Source: an uncultured Gammaproteobacteria bacterium (GTDB lineage: Bacteria; Patescibacteriota; Microgenomatia; 2-02-FULL-39-11). Taken from it: a stretch of 64,000 nucleotides of DNA. The stretch spans positions 37,837-101,836 of the forward strand of contig CAYUNW010000001.1 of NCBI GenBank assembly GCA_964446235.1, read 5' to 3'. Each line of letters begins with the position of its first letter. Within the stretch, counting starts at the first letter, position 1. The notes beneath the pieces were generated by a model. It was not told the origin of the DNA, ran no database searches, and saw nothing but the letters and a program-made list of their open reading frames with translations. The position numbers and the translations under genes are program-made. Shown one piece after another: positions 29,600 through 38,988 of this stretch.

Positions 29600-30369
29600 A
29601 AAATGTTAGATATATCATTGTCCATAAAAGAATCGGTCAAACTCCTTATGAACGTATCATTGAATTTAAAAAAGAATATACTTCATACAAAAACATAACA
29701 ATAAGTTACGCCGGTCGGCTGGATCCTATGGCAAGAGGAAAACTGTTACTACTTATAGGTGATGAAAACAAAAAAAGACATATTTATGAAAAATTAGATA
29801 AAAGTTATTATTTCAATATTCTCTTTGGAATCTCAACGGACAGTTTAGATATTTTAGGAATTGTTAAACATGTAAAAAATTACCCGAAAATCCACATAAA
29901 TACGCTTAAAGAAACACTAGATCATGTTAAAAAATCAAAATGGCAAATTCCCCCTAAATTTTCTTCCGTATATTATCGAGGCAAACCATTGTATTTCTGG
30001 GCAAAAAATTATCCGGAAAAATATCTTAAAATAAACACGAGAAAAATAAAAATATATAAATTTGATCTCGTGAAATTATTCTTTATAAACTCAAAAGAAT
30101 TGGAAAAAACGATTTATAAAAATGTTTGGAAAGTTCACGGTGATTTTCGACAAAATGAAATTATAAAAAGTTGGAAGGCATTTTTCAGAACAAATAAAGC
30201 TATACGCTTTCCTGTCGTAAAATTACATACGATCTGCTCTTCAGGAACTTATATCAGATCAATTGCAAATGACATCGGAAAAAAAATGAATATTCCAACA
30301 TTAACCTTAAATATCAACCGTACAAAAATCCACATTCCCAAAAAAGTCAATTGCACAATAAACAATTAA
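29596..30369 (+). CDS. truB: TruB-like tRNA pseudouridine synthase
   Basis: YAGRLDPMARG (catalytic Asp), K-x-Y, STDSLD, QIPPKFSS...GKPLY, CSSGTYIRS; ATGA overlap with elp3. Confidence 0.85.
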   Translation: MKNVRYIIVHKRIGQTPYERIIEFKKEYTSYKNITISYAGRLDPMARGKLLLLIGDENKKRHIYEKLDKSYYFNILFGISTDSLDILGIVKHVKNYPKIHINTLKETLDHVKKSKWQIPPKFSSVYYRGKPLYFWAKNYPEKYLKINTRKIKIYKFDLVKLFFINSKELEKTIYKNVWKVHGDFRQNEIIKSWKAFFRTNKAIRFPVVKLHTICSSGTYIRSIANDIGKKMNIPTLTLNINRTKIHIPKKVNCTINN

Positions 30370-30387
30370 ACTTTATACTTTTAGCTA

Positions 30388-31290
30388 ATGTCCGATGATA
30401 TCTATGTTGCTTTTTCCGATGAAAAGGTTGTATCAAAAAATTACAAACAGGATGAAGATATTACTATTTGGAAAAAGATAGTTCTTGGAAAATTTATTGT
30501 ACTTCCTATAGTTACTATCATTGTTATCATTTTATCGGGTTCAATTTTATTTTTATCTTCAAAAAAACAACCACCAAAGATTATTGATTCAAAAAATATT
30601 AAAAATTTTCAGGCAAGTCCTACGGAAACGGAAAATCTTATAAAAGGAGAACTGATATGCCTGCAAGACGACAAGATTTTATATAAAACCGATTGTCAAA
30701 AAGCATTAAAAACCGAAAGTGGTGAAATCAAAAAAATTCAAGCCGATGAAAAAATTATAAAAGCACTCGATAAAATATCAACAGGAAGCGCTATTGTTCT
30801 GAAAAAAGACAACCAAAAAACTGTCAAAAACCAAAAAGAAGATATTGTATTTATAAGCTCAATAAAAAAAATCGAGAACAACCTTATAAAAAGTAAAGTC
30901 GATTATAAAAAAGATGATTTGGACAATCCGTCTTCAAAAATACCAACTGTTACTCCTACTTTTTCCCCCACTCCCACCCCATGGGACCCGCCTAATATTA
31001 TAGACATCATCAACAACAAAGACGATTTGGAAGGTGACAATGTGGAAGTAATCGGTTATCTGATAAACGGAAATATAGGTGAAGAAGCATGCACCTATAT
31101 GCAACAATGTGATTATTCTACAATTATTGTCAACCAAACCCCTGGAATTATAAGAGATTTCCAATATGACGTTACTGCAAAAATGAGTATTTCTGAAAAA
31201 GAAACGGATTATGTCATCGGCCAGAAAGTGAAATTTACAGCAAAAGTATTATTGGAAAACAATGAAGTGATTTTGGAAAAAATTTATTAA
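30388..31290 (+). CDS. hypothetical membrane-anchored exported protein (Pro/Thr linker, Cys pairs, possible OB folds)
   Basis: Single TM, PTVTPTFSPTPTP linker; upstream TTGCAC-17-TATACT promoter. Confidence 0.65.
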   Translation: MSDDIYVAFSDEKVVSKNYKQDEDITIWKKIVLGKFIVLPIVTIIVIILSGSILFLSSKKQPPKIIDSKNIKNFQASPTETENLIKGELICLQDDKILYKTDCQKALKTESGEIKKIQADEKIIKALDKISTGSAIVLKKDNQKTVKNQKEDIVFISSIKKIENNLIKSKVDYKKDDLDNPSSKIPTVTPTFSPTPTPWDPPNIIDIINNKDDLEGDNVEVIGYLINGNIGEEACTYMQQCDYSTIIVNQTPGIIRDFQYDVTAKMSISEKETDYVIGQKVKFTAKVLLENNEVILEKIY

Positions 31291-32462
31291 ATTCTTGCCG
31301 GAAAGATAAAAAGTTCCTCAGTTGCTCTAGTAACGGCTGTATAAAGCCATCTTTGCCTTTCACTATCATTCATTTTCGCAAATTTTTCCTCAAAAAGAAT
31401 TACTTTCCGAGACTGACTTCCTTGTGCTTTATGCACTGTCAAAGCATAACCGAAATCAAATAAATCACCTTGTAGAATTTCCCTTCTCTTTTGGGTAAAG
31501 TTCAATGATGTATCGCTATTAAATTGCTTAACCGATATCAAACCGGTAAAAACATCTTCCTCCCCATCCATAGAGATTTCTGCCAAATACCAATTTTCAT
31601 CTCTTGATGAGATACTTCTGATACTGCCCAGCATGCCATTGAATATTGACTTTTTATGGTTATTTCTCAAACATATCACTCTATCAGTAATCATTGGAAA
31701 ATCTTTATAGAAACCTAATGACTGCCTGATATAATTATTTAATTTTTTTCTGGTACTGTTGTAACCGCATAAAACCAATGTGTCCTGTTGATAATTTGCC
31801 AAAATTTCCTCTAATGTACTCTGTAAATCATAATTATCTTTGGTAAATTTTATAATTTTTTTTCCATATTCACCTGATTTGATTTGGCCATTTTCTCTGG
31901 CTTGAATGGATATTTGGATTATCGGATTATCTCGTGCTTGCCGATGAATCTGTTCAAGCCGCAAATCAGGATCCTCCATCAGATTAAAATTGTCATTTAT
32001 CGGTGGCAACTGCCCATGATCTCCTATGGCAATTATCGGAACTTTATAACTTAACAGATGATTCCATATATTTTTATCTACCATCGAAGCTTCATCAATA
32101 ATTATCAAATCCCTTTCGATTTTTTCCTTCAACTGCCAACCGATTATTTCATCCCTTTCATTGCAAATCGGTGAATATATCAGTGAATGTATCGTGCTCA
32201 CAGTGTCTTTATCAATTATGGCTTTGTTTTCCTTAAGTTTAGACTGTAATACACGTGATGCTTTACCGGTAAAACTGACAAAACCAACTTTAAGTTTGGG
32301 GGTAATTTTTTTCAACTCTTTCCTTAACACGGTAATCAAAGTAGTTTTTCCGGTACCGGCATAACCACCTAAAGTGATGTATTTTTTATCGTGTCTGTCA
32401 TGAGAATACCATTCTAATAAATCACTAATGGCTGTTTCTTGGTCTTTGGATAAATTTATCAT
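31287..32462 (-). CDS. SF1B RecD/Dda-like ATP-dependent DNA helicase
   Basis: GYAGTGKTT, TIHSLIY, DEASMV, GDHGQLPP, YALTVHKAQGSQ, RWLYTAVTRA. Confidence 0.9.
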   Translation of the reverse strand: MINLSKDQETAISDLLEWYSHDRHDKKYITLGGYAGTGKTTLITVLRKELKKITPKLKVGFVSFTGKASRVLQSKLKENKAIIDKDTVSTIHSLIYSPICNERDEIIGWQLKEKIERDLIIIDEASMVDKNIWNHLLSYKVPIIAIGDHGQLPPINDNFNLMEDPDLRLEQIHRQARDNPIIQISIQARENGQIKSGEYGKKIIKFTKDNYDLQSTLEEILANYQQDTLVLCGYNSTRKKLNNYIRQSLGFYKDFPMITDRVICLRNNHKKSIFNGMLGSIRSISSRDENWYLAEISMDGEEDVFTGLISVKQFNSDTSLNFTQKRREILQGDLFDFGYALTVHKAQGSQSRKVILFEEKFAKMNDSERQRWLYTAVTRATEELFIFPARI

Positions 32463-32492
32463 TTATATTTTGAGGTATTAATTTTTTTAATT

Positions 32493-32566
32493 TGGCTGCG
32501 GGATAGGGATTCGAACCCCAATAAACAGATTCAGAGTCTGCTGTCCTACCATTAGACGATCCCGCA
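32493..32566 (-). tRNA. tRNA-Gln (anticodon CTG), CCA encoded
   Basis: TGCGGGA acceptor stem pairing with TCCCGCA, D-loop TAATGGTA, anticodon arm GCAGA-CTCTGAA-TCTGT, T-loop GTTCGAATC, 3' GCCA. Confidence 0.96.
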
Positions 32567-32720
32567 ATATATAATCACCAATGAGAAATCACCAATCAAC
32601 AAATAATATGCTGCAGATATTTTACCAAATTCAAAGAAATTTATATCATCATATGTGAATTCTTTGTATTGATAATTTACTTTTAGGAACTTATAATTTG
32701 AAAAATACAAAAGACTATTT

Positions 32721-33188
32721 ATGAAGAAAAATCTGCAATACCTACAAACCATTATTCTATTTTCCGGAACCATATTTGCCTGGTATACGGTTTATAATGA
32801 TTTTGCTAGATTTTTAGGAATTTATAAAACCATTTTTCATTTTGAAAATTGTATCGTCCCCAATCCATTAACAACACCTTGTTTTTATGGAGCTATTGGT
32901 TTTCTTGTAGCTTTTGTCTGGTCGGTTAAAATTTTGAAAATGAAGGAAACAAAAGCGGAGAAGTGGCAAAAATATTTATTTATTTTTCTGATTACTGGAA
33001 CAATTTTCGGATGGAGTAATTTCTTATTTGAACTATATAAATTTTACTCCACAAACACCGGACCGAAAACTTCATGTTCGGGAATACCTACTGATAATCC
33101 TTTTTATACACCATGCTTTTACGGATCAGTGCTGTACCTACTATCTTTAATTTCTTCATTTTTTACTAATAAATCCTTTTCAAAATAG
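32721..33188 (+). CDS. 4-TM membrane protein with a duplicated C-x(n)-NP-x-x-TPCFYG motif
   Basis: Motif occurs twice (NCIVPNPLTTPCFYG; SCSGIPTDNPFYTPCFYG). Confidence 0.75.
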   Translation: MKKNLQYLQTIILFSGTIFAWYTVYNDFARFLGIYKTIFHFENCIVPNPLTTPCFYGAIGFLVAFVWSVKILKMKETKAEKWQKYLFIFLITGTIFGWSNFLFELYKFYSTNTGPKTSCSGIPTDNPFYTPCFYGSVLYLLSLISSFFTNKSFSK

Positions 33189-33226
33189 ATTCTTTTGATG
33201 TTAGACTACTAATATACAACTGAGTT

Positions 33227-34081
33227 ATGAAATTCCGTTCGTTTATAAATAATCCCGTTATCTTAGTTACGATATTATTTTTATTTTTCCAGTTACTCAT
33301 TGCATATCCAAATAATAAAAAACAATTAGTGAATGTTTACAATTCTAACGATTTAATCTATACATCCCCAGAATTAAAAAATGAAACTAATCCACAAGAT
33401 ATAACCGGGTTTCCTGTAAAAACAGATATCCCTATAACTACCATCGAGATTACTGAACCATCACAAAATCAAAACGAGGATGAAATTTATCAAGTAATTA
33501 GAGTGATAGATGGAGATACTATAGAACTGGCAGACGGGAGAAAATTGCGTTATATAGGAATAGATGCTCCGGAAACCAACGATCCCAGAAAAAGTATCCA
33601 GTGTTTCGGTCGTGAAGCTTATGAGAAAAATCGACAGTTAGTAGAAAACCAATATATCAGGCTGGAGAAAGATATTAGCGAAGTAGATAAATACGGCAGA
33701 TTACTAAGATTTGTTTATATTGATAATATCTTCATTAATGATTATCTGGTTAGAGAAGGCTTCGCTTATGCTTCTACATATCCTCCGGATGTAAAATATC
33801 AGAATATTCTTATAGAAGCTCAACGCGAAGCTCAAGAATTTAAACGTGGTTTATGGAACGCATGTCAGAATGTTCAAGGAATAAATATCACCCAAACAAA
33901 TTCTCAAGAACAAAACACTTTAAATAACTTTATCTGTAACTGCCAAAAAAGCTGCAGTCAGATCACCTCCTGTGATGAAGCGCTATTCCAACTGAATAAT
34001 TGTGGTTGTATAGCCCGGGACGGCGATCATGACGGCATCGCCTGTGACGGTAAACCCCTTTTTTGTGAGAAAAATTTATAG
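33227..34081 (+). CDS. secreted thermonuclease (SNase) with C-terminal Excalibur-like Ca-binding domain
   Basis: VIDGDT, RYIGIDAPE, DKYGRLL, GLW; C-terminal C...DGDHDGIAC. Confidence 0.9.
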   Translation: MKFRSFINNPVILVTILFLFFQLLIAYPNNKKQLVNVYNSNDLIYTSPELKNETNPQDITGFPVKTDIPITTIEITEPSQNQNEDEIYQVIRVIDGDTIELADGRKLRYIGIDAPETNDPRKSIQCFGREAYEKNRQLVENQYIRLEKDISEVDKYGRLLRFVYIDNIFINDYLVREGFAYASTYPPDVKYQNILIEAQREAQEFKRGLWNACQNVQGINITQTNSQEQNTLNNFICNCQKSCSQITSCDEALFQLNNCGCIARDGDHDGIACDGKPLFCEKNL

Positions 34082-34369
34082 ACTGGGCGGTTTAAGGTTT
34101 TTGATAGTATCCAGTGACTTAGTAACGTTTTCCAGTTGACCCAACATCGGTGTGATAATTGGTGATATGTATCTTATAAAAATCATTGTAGTAACAATCA
34201 AAAATACTATATACAAAATTATATTCCCCAAAGCTCTTGAAAAACCTGCCAGGAAATTTTTCCAAAAAATCTCCATTGCCGAAGCGTCGTAAATTGTTTT
34301 GGTAGCGTTAACTATATCCTGTTTTGGATTATTTTGATTTATAAGTTTTTGAATATCAATATCGGACAT
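34076..34369 (-). CDS. small membrane protein (DUF5665-like)
   Basis: NFLAGFSRALG followed by a TM helix. Confidence 0.6.
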   Translation of the reverse strand: MSDIDIQKLINQNNPKQDIVNATKTIYDASAMEIFWKNFLAGFSRALGNIILYIVFLIVTTMIFIRYISPIITPMLGQLENVTKSLDTIKNLKPPSL

Positions 34370-34377
34370 TATTTCAA

Positions 34378-35727
34378 TTATACAATTTTGATTATAGAGT
34401 TTATATATTTATGTATATCGAATTTTTTTGCGCATCCTGATACGGACATATATCTAACCATTCCAAATACCGGACGTTCAAACCACGGCCTGTCATGTAC
34501 CCCACCTATAGACCAAGCTATCCCGGCGTAACCGTTGGGATCCCTGCCGTCAAGGGAATACCTATCGTTAAGATAGGTGGCAATATCCATTGCTTCCTCC
34601 GGATACTGGGTCCATTCTAATATCTTTTTTGCCCAATACATCCTCATATATCCATGCATTTTACCCTTCAATACCATTTCTTTTTGGGCTGCATTCCATA
34701 GCTTATCGTGAGTAACTGCATTTTCAAAATCTTGTCTAGAATATTGATACTCCCTTTTGTCATTCTGATGAAACTTCAAAGAATTTATAGACCATAATGG
34801 AAAAGCCGTAAATGAATCGTAATCATCTGTATAATAACAATAGTTATCAGCTAACTCCTTGCGAATAATCAGCTCTTCCAAAAAAACTGCTTTTGCTTTT
34901 TTTGCAGTCGATAAGCTACTAATTTGCATAGCTATACGCTGAGCGGATATCTGGCCAAAATGAAGATAAGGGGAAAAATTAGACAAACCGTCAGAATTTG
35001 GATCATTTTTATCTTCTGAGTATCTGTCAAGTTTTTTTGAAATGAACTTATGAAATATTTTGACTGATTGCGCTTCCCCAGCTTTTAACCAGGATATTTT
35101 TTTTACTTTTTCATCTACTTTTATTTGCCCTCTAAGTTTTTGCCAGTCATTTACAGAAATGTGCCCATTGTAATTTTGTTTACCCAATTTGGGAAATTCC
35201 ACCAGATATTTATCCAATCTATTCAAAATTTTCGGTCTGATTGTAAAGGCAGCATATTCTCTTTTTTGCGACACCTGCCAGACAGGTACGATATTATGAC
35301 TGTCAACCACTGTCATATTACAATAGATTTTGTTTTTGATATCATCAAGCCATAATTTATTTATCTTTAAAGGGAATAAATCAGTGACGAGCATTGATGC
35401 TTTTTTCAAATTAATAAATTTAGGAATTTCATTTAAAGGATCTCCAACCAAAAAGTGAAAAGGGATTTTAAGTTTCGATAAATCCTTTTCTGCTCCCTGT
35501 AATCCTTCCAGCATGAAATCCAACATTCTTGCTGTTCCGAAGAATTTATTTAGATTTGGCCGAAGACAAAAAACTACCTCCACATAAGTTGATCTTTCAG
35601 AGGCTTCTTCCAATGCATAAATCAGACTCCAATTATCTTTAACTCTATGCTCTCTTGTCATCCAATAAATTATTGGTCCTTGTTTATTTATATTCTTTTT
35701 TAATTCCAACGCTCTACCTTTATCCAT
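34378..35727 (-). CDS. phrB: class II CPD DNA photolyase
   Basis: YWMTREHRVKDNW, SPYLHFGQIS, EELIIRKELADN, GKMHGYMRMYWAKKILEW, DGRDPNGY, HDRPW. Confidence 0.95.
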   Translation of the reverse strand: MDKGRALELKKNINKQGPIIYWMTREHRVKDNWSLIYALEEASERSTYVEVVFCLRPNLNKFFGTARMLDFMLEGLQGAEKDLSKLKIPFHFLVGDPLNEIPKFINLKKASMLVTDLFPLKINKLWLDDIKNKIYCNMTVVDSHNIVPVWQVSQKREYAAFTIRPKILNRLDKYLVEFPKLGKQNYNGHISVNDWQKLRGQIKVDEKVKKISWLKAGEAQSVKIFHKFISKKLDRYSEDKNDPNSDGLSNFSPYLHFGQISAQRIAMQISSLSTAKKAKAVFLEELIIRKELADNYCYYTDDYDSFTAFPLWSINSLKFHQNDKREYQYSRQDFENAVTHDKLWNAAQKEMVLKGKMHGYMRMYWAKKILEWTQYPEEAMDIATYLNDRYSLDGRDPNGYAGIAWSIGGVHDRPWFERPVFGMVRYMSVSGCAKKFDIHKYINSIIKIV

Positions 35728-35764
35728 ATTGAGACATAAATTACTTATCTGTATACTAATCCAA

Positions 35765-36193
35765 ATGAGTATTAAATTAAAGAATGGTTCAAAACTTGAT
35801 TATGACCAGGTGGTCGAAATATTTTTCTCAAACGGTTTTTTGCAGTTTAAAGATAAAAGAGATGAATATAAAAAATCGATAATAACAGCTTTTTCCAATT
35901 CCCAATTCATCGTTAGCGCCTGGGAAGATAAAGAGTTAGTAGGTTTTGCAAGAGTGCTATCCGATAAGGAAATATTTGCCACTATTTGGAATCTGATGGT
36001 GAAAAAACAATACCAGGGACTGGGTATCGGTAGTAAATTGATACAAAAATGTCTTGAAAAATATCCCAATGCCGTTTATTTCCTTTTTGCTTCCAAAGAG
36101 ACGGAGAAATTTTATGAGAAATTGGGTTTTCAAAAACACTCTTTCGGTATGGCTACACAAATTAGAAAAGCTGTCTGTTCGATATACACCTGA
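35765..36193 (+). CDS. GNAT acetyltransferase
   Basis: LVGFARV, YQGLGIGSKL, FYEKLGF; start moved to 35765 behind TTGAGA-17-TATACT. Confidence 0.88.
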   Translation: MSIKLKNGSKLDYDQVVEIFFSNGFLQFKDKRDEYKKSIITAFSNSQFIVSAWEDKELVGFARVLSDKEIFATIWNLMVKKQYQGLGIGSKLIQKCLEKYPNAVYFLFASKETEKFYEKLGFQKHSFGMATQIRKAVCSIYT

Positions 36194-36194
36194 A

Positions 36195-36617
36195 TTATTT
36201 TGATACTGCGATAACTATTGCCCCTAAAGTCATCAGTGACGTTCCGATAATAATTCCCAAGCTGATTTTTTCACGTAAAATCAAACCCGCTAAAATTATT
36301 GTGAAAACCAAGCTTAATTTATCTATTGGAGCTACCTGTGAAGCGCTACCGATTTGCAATGCCCGAAAATAAAAAAGCCAGGAAAGTCCGGTGGCGATTG
36401 CTGAAAGAAAAAGAAAAAACAAAGTGTATCCGCTTATCTGGGTAATTTTATTTTGCGTACCTTGAAATAACACTATTCCCCAAGTAATGACAAGTATGAA
36501 TGATGTTCTGATGGCTGTAGCCAAATTGGAGTCGATATCTTTTATACCGATTTTTGCCAAAATCGCGGTAAGAGCGGCAAAAACAGCACTTAATAATGAA
36601 AATATCAGCCATTGCAT
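36195..36617 (-). CDS. single-domain EamA family transporter
   Basis: AALTAILAKIG, ATAIRT, SWLFYFRAL, VAPIDKLS. Confidence 0.9.
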   Translation of the reverse strand: MQWLIFSLLSAVFAALTAILAKIGIKDIDSNLATAIRTSFILVITWGIVLFQGTQNKITQISGYTLFFLFLSAIATGLSWLFYFRALQIGSASQVAPIDKLSLVFTIILAGLILREKISLGIIIGTSLMTLGAIVIAVSK

Positions 36618-36682
36618 ACTACAAAACTATTTTAACAAAATATCAGAGAAATTTCGCTGTTTAGATTAGAATATATATTAGT

Positions 36683-37732
36683 ATGAAAAAATTAAAATAT
36701 TTGCTGATTTTTTTATTAATATTTCTTACAGTTATTATAAGTATAGGAATTAAAAAAATATCCAAAGAGAAGAAAAAAATCCAAGAAATAAAAATTGAGG
36801 TAAGAAAAGAGAAACCTGTATTAAAAAATTTGAACATTCAAGATTTTTTCGACAATCAAATCCCTAACGAAAAAGCTATGATAACAATGATCGTTACCGG
36901 AGATGTGATACCTGCCAGAAGCGTAAATATGCAAAGTGTCAAAAAAAATAACTTCCTTTGGCCTTATGAACAAATTGGAACTTTTTTGTCTTCATCAGAT
37001 ATTACTTTTATAAACCTGGAGTCACCAATAGTTAAAAATTGTCCTCCAACCGATGAAGGAATGATATTTTGTTCTGATGAAAAATCCATAGAAGGATTGC
37101 TTTTTGCCGGGGTGGATATTGCTAGCCTTGCTAACAATCATATCGCAAATTACGGTTACGAAGGTATTGATAATACACTCAATCTACTCAACGGAAAAAG
37201 CATCAAACATTGCGGTGTCGATAACAGTGACTCGATAATCTCAATAAAAGGTGTAAATTTGGGCTTTTCTTGTTTTAACCAAATCGGTAATTGGCAGCAT
37301 GTCAGCCATGCAGAAGAAGCAAATATCACCCAGGTCTTGCAGAATCTTGAAAAAACATCAGATTTACAGATATTGATGTTCCATTGGGGCGAAGAATATA
37401 CCAGTCAACCAACAGACAGACAAAAACAACTGGCTTATTTTGCTATAGACAATGGAGCGGACTTGATAATCGGTAATCATCCTCATTGGATACAGCCGTT
37501 GGAAATTTACAAAAACAAACTTATTTTATATGCATTGGGTAATTTCATATTCGACCAGATGTGGAGTGAAGAAACCAAAGAAGGTATTGTTACAAAAATA
37601 TATTTAGATAAAAATCAAATACATGATATCGAGCTATTCCCTATATATATAGAAAATTACGGTCAAGTCAATTTTGCAAATGAAGAAAAATCACAAAAAA
37701 TACTCAATGCCTTGAAAAAAATTTCTTCTTAA
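36683..37732 (+). CDS. CapA/PgsA-family metallophosphoesterase
   Basis: GDV, NLESP, LANNH, HWGEEY, GNHPHWIQ, YALGNFIFDQ; N-terminal TM. Confidence 0.9.
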   Translation: MKKLKYLLIFLLIFLTVIISIGIKKISKEKKKIQEIKIEVRKEKPVLKNLNIQDFFDNQIPNEKAMITMIVTGDVIPARSVNMQSVKKNNFLWPYEQIGTFLSSSDITFINLESPIVKNCPPTDEGMIFCSDEKSIEGLLFAGVDIASLANNHIANYGYEGIDNTLNLLNGKSIKHCGVDNSDSIISIKGVNLGFSCFNQIGNWQHVSHAEEANITQVLQNLEKTSDLQILMFHWGEEYTSQPTDRQKQLAYFAIDNGADLIIGNHPHWIQPLEIYKNKLILYALGNFIFDQMWSEETKEGIVTKIYLDKNQIHDIELFPIYIENYGQVNFANEEKSQKILNALKKISS

Positions 37733-37745
37733 AATTTCCAGAAAG

Positions 37746-38024
37746 TTATTTCTTAGTCGATTTCTTCTTAGTCGAGGTTTTTTTCATTGTTTTCTGCTCT
37801 GGTTTATCGGAAAATTCTTCATCAATTTCACCATCTAGTTCTTCGTCAGGAGTCATCAAGATAGAAAATAAAATAAACCCGGCAAATACAGGCATTATCA
37901 AAGTAAATCTGGTCACTTCGTCTTTTACAAAAATCAATACACCTACAGCCAATAAAATAGAAACAAGGGCTGCCCAAACTATCGCTTTATTGTTTTTATA
38001 TACATTACTCCACCACTTTTGCAT
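37746..38024 (-). CDS. small 2-TM hypothetical protein with acidic then basic tail
   Basis: AAGGAG SD and TTGACA-17-TAGGAT promoter upstream. Confidence 0.7.
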   Translation of the reverse strand: MQKWWSNVYKNNKAIVWAALVSILLAVGVLIFVKDEVTRFTLIMPVFAGFILFSILMTPDEELDGEIDEEFSDKPEQKTMKKTSTKKKSTKK

Positions 38025-38115
38025 ATTTATCTCCTTATAATAATCAATATTATACTATCCATATCCTAAAGAAAGAGAGTATAATTGTCAAGATTATCAA
38101 TTTTTAAGTTTATTT

Positions 38116-38985
38116 ATGAAAGCAGGTATAGTAGCTATCATTGGCAGACCTAACGGAGGAAAATCAACTTTACTCAATAACATTATCGGCCAGAAGGTCA
38201 GTATCACCTCACCAAAACCTCAAACCACAAGATTTCCGGTTTATGCATTGTATGAAGATGAAAGAGGCCAAATAGTTTTCATAGACACTCCTGGAGTATT
38301 TGCAAAATCTGAAGATTTGTTATCCAAAATAATTAACCCATTAGCAGAAAAATCTCTCAAGGAAAATATTGATGTAGTAATCTACGTAACTGACCCTACC
38401 AGACCAAGAGATATCGAAGACAATAAATCTCTGGGAATCGTCAGAAAATTCAAACTACCGAAAATTCTAGTTTATAATAAATCAGACATCAAACATCCGT
38501 CATATTTACCCCACTATAAATTCTTGGAAGTAGAATTTGAAAAATCACTTCATATATCAGCATTACAACATTCAAATATAAATTTATTGCTAGACAGCAT
38601 TTTTGATTATCTACCGGAAAGGAAAAAACCTTTATACGAAAATAAAGGTCCTAGTCCGCTTATAAATTTTGATAGTAAAGCGTTTATTGCAGAAATTATC
38701 CGGGAAAAAACATTTTTGTTTCTCAGAAAAGAATTACCTTATAGTCTAACATCTATTGTCGACGAAATTACCGAAAGAAACGAAAAATTACTTATCATAA
38801 ACGCCAAGATAATCACTAATAACGACAGATATAAAAAAATGATAATCGGTGAAAAAGGACGCATGATTAAAGAGATCGGATCTGCTGCCAGAAAGGAACT
38901 GGAAGTTGCTACTAATAAAAAAGTATATCTGGATATAACGGTGGAAGTGGATACACATTGGATGGAAAAATATTTAAAATACTAA
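38116..38985 (+). CDS. era: GTPase Era
   Basis: GRPNGGKSTL, PQTTR, DTPG, NKSD, ELPYS, IIGEKGRMIKEIG KH domain. Confidence 0.95.
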   Translation: MKAGIVAIIGRPNGGKSTLLNNIIGQKVSITSPKPQTTRFPVYALYEDERGQIVFIDTPGVFAKSEDLLSKIINPLAEKSLKENIDVVIYVTDPTRPRDIEDNKSLGIVRKFKLPKILVYNKSDIKHPSYLPHYKFLEVEFEKSLHISALQHSNINLLLDSIFDYLPERKKPLYENKGPSPLINFDSKAFIAEIIREKTFLFLRKELPYSLTSIVDEITERNEKLLIINAKIITNNDRYKKMIIGEKGRMIKEIGSAARKELEVATNKKVYLDITVEVDTHWMEKYLKY

Positions 38986-38988
38986 AAC

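Noticed and set aside
32493-32566. tRNA-Gln as the substrate of the nearby Elp3/Trm9-like pair
   Set aside because: Its anticodon is CUG (C34), so it cannot carry a U34 modification; the proximity is probably incidental.
32552-32773. 73-aa ORF, short direct repeat (AATCACCAAT x2) and imperfect inverted repeat (about 32632-32666) upstream of the tRNA
   Set aside because: The ORF overlaps the tRNA and the next gene; the repeats are short and AT-rich and could be chance.
36683-37732. Poly-gamma-glutamate capsule locus
   Set aside because: Only a stand-alone CapA-family gene is present; no capB or capC nearby.
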